Source of the DNA: Macrostomum lignano
Taxonomy: Eukaryota
DNA: 64,000 bases
NCBI GenBank assembly: GCA_002269645.1
Contig: NIVC01002868.1
Location: 69,734-133,733 of the forward strand
Direction: 5' to 3'
Shown: piece after piece, positions 24,792 to 36,267 of the stretch
How positions within the stretch are numbered: the first letter of the stretch is position 1
Layout: each line of letters begins with the position of its first letter
Made by a program: the position numbers and the translations under genes
The notes under the pieces: generated by a model
Database searches by the model: none
What the model was told of the DNA's origin: nothing
Seen by the model: the letters and a program-made list of their open reading frames with translations, nothing else

Positions 24792-24815
24792 TTAGGGTTA
24801 GGGTTAGGGTTAGGG
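24792..24815 (+). repeat. Interstitial (TTAGGG)4; also at ~26028, and 3 copies at ~27263, ~28548, ~29834, ~32685
   Basis: Read directly in every unit of the array. Confidence 0.95.
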
Positions 24816-27800
24816 TTGGAGCTTCACAGAGCTGCGTGTTAAAAGGCACCGATAATAAAACATTGAACCAATTGAATCTATTGATTGCGCAACCGATTTC
24901 TCAGTCAGTCAGTATCAGTCTCAGTTAAAGTAAACAAAAAGTTAAGTTAACAAAAAGTTTGCGCAATCTAAATCAACCCTCCAATACACAGCGATAGTAA
25001 GAATTTGAACCCTTCCCTAACTTTATCTATTACGTCTCGCAAAACTAAGTACAATCTTTGCAGAACCTTAAAAGTATGGAAACCATTTTCTTAATTCTGA
25101 GCTTTCTGTTTCCATATTTAAAGCAAACAACTTACATCCCTGAACTCAGCATTAAAATATCTTTTCAGCAATATAAATCTCTTCTCTCAAAGTTTAAAAC
25201 TCGAGGTACAGTAAGCGTTTAAAATTTACTGATTTCCCGACTGCTTGCTAGAGAAGCTCGCAAGAATTTCACTGCCAAGCTAATACACAGGGCGGCCTAT
25301 GGAAAAAGGCGCCAATAATAAAACCAATTGAATCTGGACACATCCTAGTATCTATCTGTTGACACTCTACACTCTAGTGCTATGTACACTCAGCCCAAGC
25401 CCAACCCCCCATTCCGGGGGAAGCATTAAATTTAACTCAACCCCCCAACACGGGGGGGGTTATTTGCATTGAACGCGGAACACGCGCACCCACCACCCCT
25501 CAATACACAGCGGCCCGCGGGCGGAGGTTGGGGTGGCTATTTTTACAAACTGGCTGCAGCCCCAGGCAGAGTGGCCAAAGAAGGTTATTAAGGGTTAAAA
25601 AAACAGTTTTCTGCTTTTTTAGGGATCTTAAAATGTAAAAATGAAAGATTAAAATAGCTATAAACCCAATCCGGAAAATTTGCAGTTTTCCCATATAAGT
25701 TTCAACGCTGACTTGCCAGTAGTTTAGGAGAAAAATTGCAACACACAAACAAACATCGCATCAGTTTTAGTATTAGGACGAGGCCAACTCCTCCGATGGA
25801 GGAGAAAGGGGAAGAACTCCCATCACCGGAATTCCATTCCCTGAACTCCATCAGCTGAATCCCAAGACCCGAATCCCATTATCTAACTGTTCTCCAAATC
25901 CATCAAAATCCTCTCCGTGAAACTGAACACCATCGAAATCCTCTCCGCGAAACAGAAATCCTCTCCGTGAAACTGGACTCAATCGAAAGTTTCTCCGTCA
26001 AACAACTTAACTCTCAGGATTCTGTGGTTAGGGTTAGGGTTAGGGTTAGGGTTGGAGCTTCACAGAGCTGCGTGTTAAAAGGCACCGATAATAAAACATT
26101 GAACCAATTGAATCTATTGATTGCGCAACCGATTTCTCAGTCAGTCAGTATCAGTCTCAGTTAAAGTAAACAAAAAGTTAAGTTAACAAAAAGTTTGCGC
26201 AATCTAAATCAACCCTCCAATACACAGCGATAGTAAGAATTTGAACCCTTCCCTAACTTTATCTATTACGTCTCGCAAAACTAAGTACAATCTTTGCAGA
26301 ACCTTAAAAGTATGGAAACCATTTTCTTAATTCTGAGCTTTCTGTTTCCATATTTAAAGCAAACAACTTACATCCCTGAACTCAGCATTAAAATATCTTT
26401 TCAGCAATATAAATCTCTTCTCTCAAAGTTTAAAACTCGAGGTACAGTAAGCGTTTAAAATTTACTGATTTCCCGACTGCTTGCTAGAGAAGCTCGCAAG
26501 AATTTCACTGCCAAGCTAATACACAGGGCGGCCTATGGAAAAAGGCGCCAATAATAAAACCAATTGAATCTGGACACATCCTAGTATCTATCTGTTGACA
26601 CTCTACACTCTAGTGCTATGTACACTCAGCCCAAGCCCAACCCCCCATTCCGGGGGAAGCATTAAATTTAACTCAACCCCCAACACGGGGGGGGGTTATT
26701 TGCATTGAACGCGGAACACGCGCACCCACCACCCTCAATACACAGCGGCCCGCGGGCGGAGGTTGGGGTGGCTATTTTTACAAACTGGCTGCAGCCCCAG
26801 GCAGAGTGGCCAAAGAAGGTTATTAAGGGTTAAAAAAACAGTTTTCTGCTTTTTTAGGGATCTTAAAATGTAAAAATGAAAGATTAAAATAGCTATAAAC
26901 CCAATCCGGAAAATTTGCAGTTTTCCCATATAAGTTTCAACGCTGACTTGCCAGTAGTTTAGGAGAAAAATTGCAACACACAAACAAACATCGCATCAGT
27001 TTTAGTATTAGGACGAGGCCAACTCCTCCGATGGAGGAGAAAGGGGAAGAACTCCCATCACCGGAATTCCATTCCCTGAACTCCATCAGCTGAATCCCAA
27101 GACCCGAATCCCATTATCTAACTGTTCTCCAAATCCATCAAAATCCTCTCTGAGAAACTGAACACGATCGAAATCCTCTCCGCGAAACAGAAATCCTCTC
27201 CGTGAAACTGGACTCAATCGAAAGTTTCTCCGTCAAACAACTAAACTCTCAGGATTCAGTGGTTAGGGTTAGGGTTAGGGTTGGAGCTGCACAGAGCTGC
27301 GTGTTGAAAAGGTCCGATAAAAAATGAGATAATTGAATCAAAAGATTGCGCAATTTACGCTCGTATTTCTAAGTCAGTCAGTATCAGTCTCAGTTAAAGT
27401 TAACAAAAATATTGCGCAATCTAAATCAACCCTCCATCCAATACACAGCGACCGACCCCCTTCCAATACGCAGTGGCAATTAGAAATTGAACCCCCCCCC
27501 CAACTGTTGGGGGTCAGTCGAACACCATTGAACTCCTAAAATGAGTACAATCTTTGCAATAAGTTAAAAGTATGGAAATAGTTTTTCCAATGCAGAGCAT
27601 TTAGTTTTCATATTTAAAGCAAACAATTTATATCCCCGAACTCAGCGTTGCAAGTTCTTTCCAGCAATATAAGTCTCTCCTCTCAAAGTTAAAAACTCCA
27701 GCAACAGTCTGAGTTTGAAATTTGCCGATTTATAGCATTGCAATATTGAGTGTACGTTCATACGTTCACTGCCTGCTAAAGAGGCCCGCAAGTTTATTCA

Positions 27801-30800
27801 TTGAATTTCACTGTCTAACCAATGCACAGGGCAGTCAATTGAAAGGCGCTGATAATAAAACCAATTGAATCTCAGCACAATAGCCATATAATTGCGCTTA
27901 CTTACCCACCACCCCACGAAATACACACAGTTCAATTTTTCAGCCGGGGTCCGCTTGTACACACGCTGCCACTGAGAACGCGACCAACCCCCACTGGCGA
28001 GAAAATACACTACAGAGATAGGAGAAAGTTGTGGCGCAATCGCTCAAAATCATGCAAATTTTCGGCTCCGAGCAGAAAAAGTGTCCAGAGAAGGTTAGGA
28101 AATCAGTTTTCTGCTTTTTTAGGGATCTTAAAATGTGAAAATAAAAAATTGAAATAGCCCACTGCAGTCCCCGGAAAATTTGCAGTTTCCCCATATAAGT
28201 TTCAACGCTGACTTGCAAGTATTCTAGGAGGAGTTATGCAACACACAAACAAACAGACAAACAAACAAACAATCATCGCACCAACTTTAGTATTAGGACG
28301 AGGCCAACTCCTCCGATGGAGGAGAAAGGGGAAGAACTCCCATCACCGGAATTCCATTCCCTGAACTCCATCAGCTGAATCCCAAGACCCGAATCCCATT
28401 ATCTAACTGTTCTCCAAATCCATCAAAATCCTCTCTGTGAAACTGAACACGATCGAAATCCTCTCCGCGAAACAGAAATCCTCTCCGTGAAACTGGACTC
28501 AATCGAAAGTTTCTCCGTCAAACAACTAAACTCTCAGGATTCAGTGGTTAGGGTTAGGGTTAGGGTTGGAGCTGCACAGAGCTGCGTGTTGAAAAGGTCC
28601 GATAAAAAATGAGATAATTGAATCAAAAGATTGCGCAATTTACGCTCGTATTTCTAAGTCAGTCAGTATCAGTCTCAGTTAAAGTTAACAAAAATATTGC
28701 GCAATCTAAATCAACCCTCCATCCAATACACAGCGACCGACCCCCTTCCAATACGCAGTGGCAATTAGAAATTGAACCCCCCCCCAACTGTTGGGGGGTC
28801 AGTCGAACACCATTGAACTCCTAAAATGAGTACAATCTTTGCAATAAGTTAAAAGTATGGAAATAGTTTTTCCAATGCAGAGCATTTAGTTTTCATATTT
28901 AAAGCAAACAATTTATATCCCCGAACTCAGCGTTGCAAGTTCTTTCCAGCAATATAAGTCTCTCCTCTCAAAGTTAAAAACTCCAGCAACAGTCTGAGTT
29001 TGAAATTTGCCGATTTATAGCATTGCAATATTGAGTGTACGTTCATACGTTCACTGCCTGCTAAAGAGGCCCGCAAGTTTATTCATTGAATTTCACTGTC
29101 TAACCAATGCACAGGGCAGTCAATTGAAAGGCGCTGATAATAAAACCAATTGAATCTCAGCACAATAGCCATATAATTGCGCTTACTTACCCACCACCCC
29201 ACGAAATACACACAGTTCAATTTTTCAGCCGGGGTCCGCTTGTACACACGCTGCCACTGAGAACGCGACCAACCCCCACTGGCGAGAAAATACACTACAG
29301 AGATAGGAGAAAGTTGTGGCGCAATCGCTCAAAATCATGCAAATTTTCGGCTCCGAGCAGAAAAAGTGTCCAGAGAAGGTTAGGAAATCAGTTTTCTGCT
29401 TTTTTAGGGATCTTAAAATGTGAAAATAAAAAAATTGAAATAGCCCACTGCAGTCCCCGGAAAATTTGCAGTTTCCCCATATAAGTTTCAACGCTGACTT
29501 GCAAGTATTCTAGGAGGAGTTATGCAACACACAAACAAACAGACAAACAAACAAACAATCATCGCACCAACTTTAGTATTAGGACGAGGCCAACTCCTCC
29601 GATGGAGGAGAAAGGGGAAGAACTCCCATCACCGGAATTCCATTCCCTGAACTCCATCAGCTGAATCCCAAGACCCGAATCCCATTATCTAACTGTTCTC
29701 CAAATCCATCAAAATCCTCTCTGAGAAACTGAACACGATCGAAATCCTCTCCGCGAAACAGAAATCCTCTCCGTGAAACTGGACTCAATCGAAAGTTTCT
29801 CCGTCAAACAACTAAACTCTCAGGATTCAGTGGTTAGGGTTAGGGTTAGGGTTGGAGCTGCACAGAGCTGCGTGTTGAAAAGGTCCGATAAAAAATGAGA
29901 TAATTGAATCAAAAGATTGCGCAATTTACGCTCGTATTTCTAAGTCAGTCAGTATCAGTCTCAGTTAAAGTTAACAAAAATATTGCGCAATCTAAATCAA
30001 CCCTCCATCCAATACACAGCGACCGACCCCCTTCCAATACGCAGTGGCAATTAGAAATTGAACCCCCCCCCCAACTGTTGGGGGTCAGTCGAACACCATT
30101 GAACTCCTAAAATGAGTACAATCTTTGCAATAAGTTAAAAGTATGGAAATAGTTTTTCCAATGCAGAGCATTTAGTTTTCATATTTAAAGCAAACAATTT
30201 ATATCCCGAACTCAGCGTTGCAAGTTCTTTCCAGCAATATAAGTCTCTCCTCTCAAAGTTAAAAACTCCAGCAACAGTCTGAGTTTGAAATTTGCCGATT
30301 TATAGCATTGCAATATTGAGTGTACGTTCATACGTTCACTGCCTGCTAAAGAGGCCCGCAAGTTTATTCATTGAATTTCACTGTCTAACCAATGCACAGG
30401 GCAGTCAATTGAAAGGCGCTGATAATAAAACCAATTGAATCTCAGCACAATAGCCATATAATTGCGCTTACTTACCCACCACCCCACGAAATACACACAG
30501 TTCAATTTTTCAGCCGGGGTCCGCTTGTACACACGCTGCCACTGAGAACGCGACCAACCCCCACTGGCGAGAAAATACACTACAGAGATAGGAGAAAGTT
30601 GTGGCGCAATCGCTCAAAATCATGCAAATTTTCGGCTCCGAGCAGAAAAAGTGTCCAGAGAAGGTTAGGAAATCAGTTTTCTGCTTTTTTAGGGATCTTA
30701 AAATGTGAAAATAAAAAATTGAAATAGCCCACTGCAGTCCCCGGAAAATTTGCAGTTTCCCCATATAAGTTTCAACGCTGACTTGCAAGTATTCTAGGAG

Positions 30801-30956
30801 GAGTTATGCAACACACAAACAAACAGACAAACAAACAAACAATCATCGCACCAACTTTAGTATTAGGACGAGTGGAACTCCTCCTTCGGAGGAGAAAGGG
30901 GAAGAACTCCCATCACCGGAATTCTATTCCCTGAAATATCCATCAACTGAAATTCC

Positions 30957-32150
30957 ATGTCTTTAACCCTATCTTCCAAATCGTCTCCAAATTCTTTACA
31001 AAATCTTTCAAAGACCATAGCTCAAAGACTCTTACGTCTCTCATATCTACTCTCTCCTCTCTTCGCTATTATCGTGACTCGCTTCTCTCTCCTCTCTCTC
31101 ATCTCATCTCTACCCCTACTCTCTTATTTATCTCTACTCCCTTATTTATCTCTTCTCCCTCGTCTTTCGTCTGTACCCTATCCTGTCTACTCTCCTATCT
31201 TCTATCTTATCTCTCCCCTTTTCTCTCCTCTCTCATATCTAATCTCTAATCACTTATCTATCGTCTCCGCTCTACTTTCTCTCTTCTTTTTTCTCTCTTC
31301 TCTCTGCTCTCATTTCTCGTATCTCTTATACGCTCTCACCCTCTCCTTTCTTATCTCCCATCTTTCTTCCCTCCTTTCTACTGCATCACCTGTCTCCTCT
31401 CTTCTCTTTTCTCTCCTCTCCATTCTCTCTTCTCTACTCTCATCTCCCCTCATCTCTTCTCTAATCTCTAATCTCTTCTCTCTCTTATTTTCTCACTCAT
31501 CTCTTTTCTCATTGCATCTCTCATCTCTCCTCTCTCTCTCTCCTCTCATCTGTACTATCTTTTTTATCTCTTCTCCCAGGTCTTTCAAATTTACTCTCTC
31601 CTGTCTCCTCTCTCCCCTCGTCTTTCCTCTCTCATATCTCTTCTCTACTCACTTATATATTCTCTCTCCTCTGCTCCCCTTTTACACTTTCCTATATGCT
31701 CTCACTCTCACCCTCCCCTTTCTTATCTGCTGTTTTTACACTCCTTTCTACCACCTGTCTCCTCTCGTTTCTCTCCTCTCTGCACTCTCATCTTTACCCT
31801 CTTCTTTCTCCTCACTACTTTCTTCTCTTAAATCTCTGATCTCTGATCTTTCATCTCTCTCCTCTCACCTCTCACCTCTCTCCTCTGTTTCCTCTCTTCT
31901 ATTGCCTCTGTACGCTCTTGTCCCTCCTTTCTTCTCCATCCTGTCTCCTCTCTGCAATCTCATATCTCCTCTCTCATATCCTCTCCCTTCATCTCCTCTC
32001 TCCTCTTCTCTTCTCTCTCCTTCGTTCCCGCCTTACTTTCCTCTTCTCTCCCATCTGTCATGTCTAATCTCTCCACTCATTTCTACTCTGTTTTCTATCA
32101 TCTCATCTCTCTTCTCTTTTCATTCTTCTCTTTACTCTCTTCTCTGACTG
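30957..32150 (+). repeat. 1.2-kb cryptically simple pyrimidine (CT-rich) tract inside unit 6
   Basis: Strongly C/T-skewed plus strand; the 396-aa Ser/Leu ORF follows from this composition. Confidence 0.9.
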
Positions 32151-32159
32151 ATTGAAGAT

Positions 32160-32650
32160 GCCAAATCCATCAAGATCCTCTCCGCGAAGCAGAAATCCTG
32201 TCCGTGCAACTGAAAACCATCGAAATCCTCTCCGTGAAACTGGACTCCTTCGAAATCCTCTCCTTGAAACTTAAATCCATCAAAATCGTCTCCATAAAAC
32301 AGAAATCAATCATAAATTATCTCCGCGAAACAGAAATCCTCTCCGTGAAGCTGAACATCATCGAAATCCTCTCCGTGAAACTGAACACCTTCGAAATCCT
32401 CTCCGTGAAACTGAACACCTTCGAAATCCTCTCCTTGAAACTTAAATCTATCAAAATCGTCTCCATAAAGCAGAAATCAATCATAAATTTAACTCCGCGA
32501 AACAGAAATCCTCTCCGTGAAGCTGAACATCATCAAAATCCTCTCCGTGAAACTGAGCACCATCGAAATCCTCTCCACGAAACAGAAATCCTCTTTGTCA
32601 AAATTAAAACATTGAAATCGTCTCCGCTAAACTGGACTCAATCAATTTTT
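32160..32650. repeat. Expanded ~30-bp repeat (AAATCCTCTCCGTGAAACTGAACACCATCG), ~15 degenerate copies
   Basis: Only a few copies occur at the same position in units 1-5. Confidence 0.85.
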
Positions 32651-33749
32651 TCCGTCAAACAACTCAACTCTCCGGATTCATTGGTTAGGGTTAGGGTTAG
32701 GGTTAGAACTACGCACAGCTTCGTGTTAAAAGGCACTGATAAACTATTGAACTAATTGAATCAATTCATTGCGCAACCGATTTCACAGTCAGTCAGTATC
32801 AGTCTCAGTTAAAGTTAACAAAAACATTGCGCAATCTAAATCAACCCTCCAATACAAAGCAACTGACCCCCTTCCTATACACAGCGCCAGTTGGAAGTCG
32901 AAACCCCCAACTTTATCTCTCACCTCTCGCCAAAATGAGTACAATCTTTGCAGAAAGTTTAAAGTATGGAAATAGTTTTTGCAATGCAGAGCTTTTAGTT
33001 TTCATATTTGAAGCAAACAATTTATATCCCTGAAATCAGCTTTGCAAGTTCTTTCCAGCAATATAAATTTTTTCTCTCAAAGTTAAAAACTCGAGCAACA
33101 GTTTGCGTTTGAAACTTTCTGATTTAAAGCATTGAAATATCGATTGTACGTTCACTGCCTGCTAAAGAGGCCCGCAAGTTTATGCATTGAATTTCAAGGT
33201 TCAACAAAATCACAGGGCTGCCTATTGAAAATTAGAACACAAATCTTTGCGCAATTGTCTATACAGTCAGCCAGTGAGCCAGGGTCCGATTGTACACATG
33301 CAGCCATTTAGAACGCCCCATCCCCCCACTGGAGAGAAAATACACTGCAGAGATAGGGAAAAGTTGTGGCGCAATCACTTGAAATTCATGCAAATTTTCA
33401 GCTCCAAGCAGAAAGAGGGGACAATTAAGATTATCAAAGGTCAAGACCGCCGTTTTCTGCTTTTTTGAGGATCTTAGAAATTAAAATTTCAGAATTAAAA
33501 TAGCCTATAGCCGACCTCGGATAATTTCCAATCTTCCCATATAAGTTTCAACGCTGAGTTGCCACTATTCAAGGAGGAGTTGTCGAAATGACAGACAGAC
33601 AGACAGACAAACAACACGTCAACTTTAGTATATATAGAAGAAGATAGAGAGGAGGATGACAATTCGCAAAAAAGGATAAAAATGCCCATAGCCTGCTGTT
33701 AGTAGGCTAGTAAGTTTAGAGCCCATGTGCTAGCGCGGGATTTGGAAAA

Positions 33750-35290
33750 AAAGTGCGTCCTCATCAGATCTTCCTCAGCCAGACCTGTAAGCAGGGAAGA
33801 TTTCAATACGAAGGTAAGAGCTTTGAAAAATCTGAGCCGCAGGTACAATAGGCTTCCATCGGCTCATGCCAAGTCCAAGAAGGGTGCGAAAGCTATTGAA
33901 ATCTTACAACGTTCTCTTCAAAACTCTTCAAATCATTGCGCTCAAAGCATAGGCAAATTAAGCGAAGAGCGAGAACCCTGATGGAGGCAATCGGAGAGTT
34001 GAGGAAAAAGAGCATTCTGAATGAAGCGGCTGCTTTGCGCCTGAATTTTTTGACCTCGAATTCTTTGATTAGCAGCATTTTGCCTCAAAGCAATAAGCGG
34101 ACAAGAAAGTTTCCTACTGAAGTGCGAAAATTCGCGTCCACCCTGCACTTCTACAGCCCCAAAGCCTATGAATATGTCAGAGCGTCTCTTCGTAGATGGA
34201 TTTCAAACGCTAAATGTTTCGACGATGGCACAGCCTTTGACTACTGCAATGTAGTGGCCGATGAGATGTAATTTGAATCAATGATTGAATGGAATTCGAA
34301 TGAAGGCATGTTCTTCGGCTATGTTGACAAAGGGGATGGCAAGGCAAGTGATCAGGAGGCGACGTCGGCATTGGTAGTGATGGCTGTGGGTCTGAAGAAC
34401 TACTGGAAGTTGCCATTGGGTTATTTTCTAGTAAATGGTGTGGATGGTGAATTAATGTCTAGTGTTGTAGAAGAATCAAGGATCACGTTGTCACCACATC
34501 GCTCACATGCGATGGAACGCAGCACAACATTCGAGCTATTGAACTTCTTGGGGCTAAAATTAGTTCTCCGGACTCAATTGTCGCCACGTTCCCTCATCCT
34601 TGTGACCCAAGCATTCAGGTTTCTGCCTTCCTCGATCCGCCTCATATGTTGAAGCTGATTCGCAATCAGTGGCAATCAATGGGCACGATAGTTTGGCCGA
34701 ATAAGGGGAATATTGATTGGAAATATGTTTCACTACTGCATCAAGTTCAGGATAGTCACGGGCTCAAACTGGGAAATAAACTAAGCAGGCATCACATCAA
34801 CTTTGCCAATTTAAAGATGAAGGTCTATTTGGCATCCCAGCTTTTAGTAAGTCAGTTGCTGACTTCCTGCAGTGGGTACATCAGCAAGCTTTGGCCGGAT
34901 TCGAGCACCATGATGTACTTGTGACGGCAGATTATATTTAGCACGACGCCTTTAACTCCAAGCGACTAGTAAATTACGGGGCCAAAATGGCTCTAAGAGC
35001 TGACAACCAGTCGGACTTTATTGACTTCTTTACTGACTCGATAAAGCTTCTCGGAAGTCTTGAAAATCTGTCTGGACGCAAAATTGTTGAAACTGCAAAG
35101 AAAACAGGCTTTCTCGGCTTCATGGTGAATTGTGAGGCTGTTATGGCCCTTGCCAAGTATTTGTTTTCAAGTTGTGCTTTTTTCTTTATTTGCACTTACG
35201 GGTTGTCGCAGGATTTTCTTGAGTTATTTTTAATGCCGTCAGGCTTCGAAACGGCTGGAATCACAATCTGACTCTGAGACAGTTTTGCTC
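33750..35290 (+). pseudogene. P-element/THAP9-like transposase, frameshifted
   Basis: FASTLHFYSPKAYEYVR; DEM...IEWN; ATSALVVMAVGLKNYWKLPLGYF; HMLKLIRN; GLKLGNKL...KMKVYLASQL; YGLSQDFLELF, spread over several frames. Confidence 0.88.
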
Positions 35291-35404
35291 AGCCTTTAGA
35301 CAGTTACTAGTGCACGCTGGAGGTGGAATTCTCCAATTGACTAGTCCCAATGTTAAGCAACAGGATGCCACTATTCAGTTCTCATTATCTTGTCTGCCTT
35401 CGTC

Positions 35405-35700
35405 ACCAAATCAGCGCCAGGATCTCAAAATCAGCGCCGGAATGCTGAAATCAGCGCCAAAAGGCCCAAACCAGCGCTGGAAAGCTCAAATCGGCTCTGG
35501 ATAGCTACAATTGGCGCGTAAAAGCTCGAATTGGCGCCTGAAGCCAAATTTGGCGCCAGGATCCCCAAATCAGCGCCAGGATCTCAAAATCAGCGCCGGA
35601 ATGCTGAAATCAGCGCTGGAACGGCGCACAAATGGCAGCGTATATCAGCTTGCTTTCAGTGCCAATTTTAGCGCCCTGGCAAGATCAATGCAGCGCTCAC
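35405..35700. repeat. Degenerate ~20-bp repeat with an AAATCAGCGCC core; possible transposon subterminal array
   Basis: About a dozen motif copies; a ~50-bp block is duplicated at ~35410 and ~35566. Confidence 0.7.
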
Positions 35701-36267
35701 GCGGAAAATATTTTTTGAGAGAGCAGTGAGAGAGAAAGCACAGCGAGCACAGCGCAGAGCCAATCCAAGCCTGGAGCGGCCCCTCCACGATGCGTTCACT
35801 AACCCAGAGTAAAATCCCCACGCTTCCCCTTACGCTACTCCCCACGTAAAAAGTCACAAGCGCAGTACTTTACAAAACGCGTGGCTCAGTTGGCCAGGCA
35901 TTTCTACGTCACTAGAACAGTCACTAATATCAGCGTTGAAAAAAGCGGAACTTCGTATGCCGTACAGGATAAAAACTGCACATTGCGTACTTTCACGTAA
36001 TCTCGGCCTGTACATGTAATGCAAGTACATGGCTATAGACATGTATTCCGGGATTGCAGTAAATACAGCCCACATGTATGTACTGTACCTGAATGTACTT
36101 GTTAACTCTATCTGAGAACACAAAATGATTGCTGTGAAGATAAAAATCCGTAGTGCCTAGTTTATTCGCAATATTTTACTTCGTATAAACCACTGCCGCT
36201 GCGACCCCTGTAGTTTCGTTCGCTATTTACTCCCAAAGCTATTTGCTCACTGAATTTCGGGACAGGA

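Larger units (their letters stand above)
24546..33638 (-). mobile_element. Six head-to-tail Helitron-like units: 24546-25778, 25779-27013, 27014-28298, 28299-29584, 29585-30868, 30869-33638
   Basis: Units 1-5 start TCCTAATACTAAA; unit 6 starts TCTATATATACTAAAG. All end with a CTCCTCC-NNN-GGAGGAG hairpin + 5 nt + CTCG. Units 1-2 are near-identical, units 3-5 near-identical, unit 6 divergent. All share the CAGTCAGTCAGTATCAGT block with H1-H5. Confidence 0.85.

Noticed and set aside
24792-24815. True telomere or chromosome-fusion scar
   Set aside because: Only 3-4 repeats, fixed inside each mobile unit, no inverted junction.
30957-32147. 396-aa Ser/Leu-rich membrane protein
   Set aside because: A CT-rich strand lacks stop codons by composition; it lies inside a Helitron unit.
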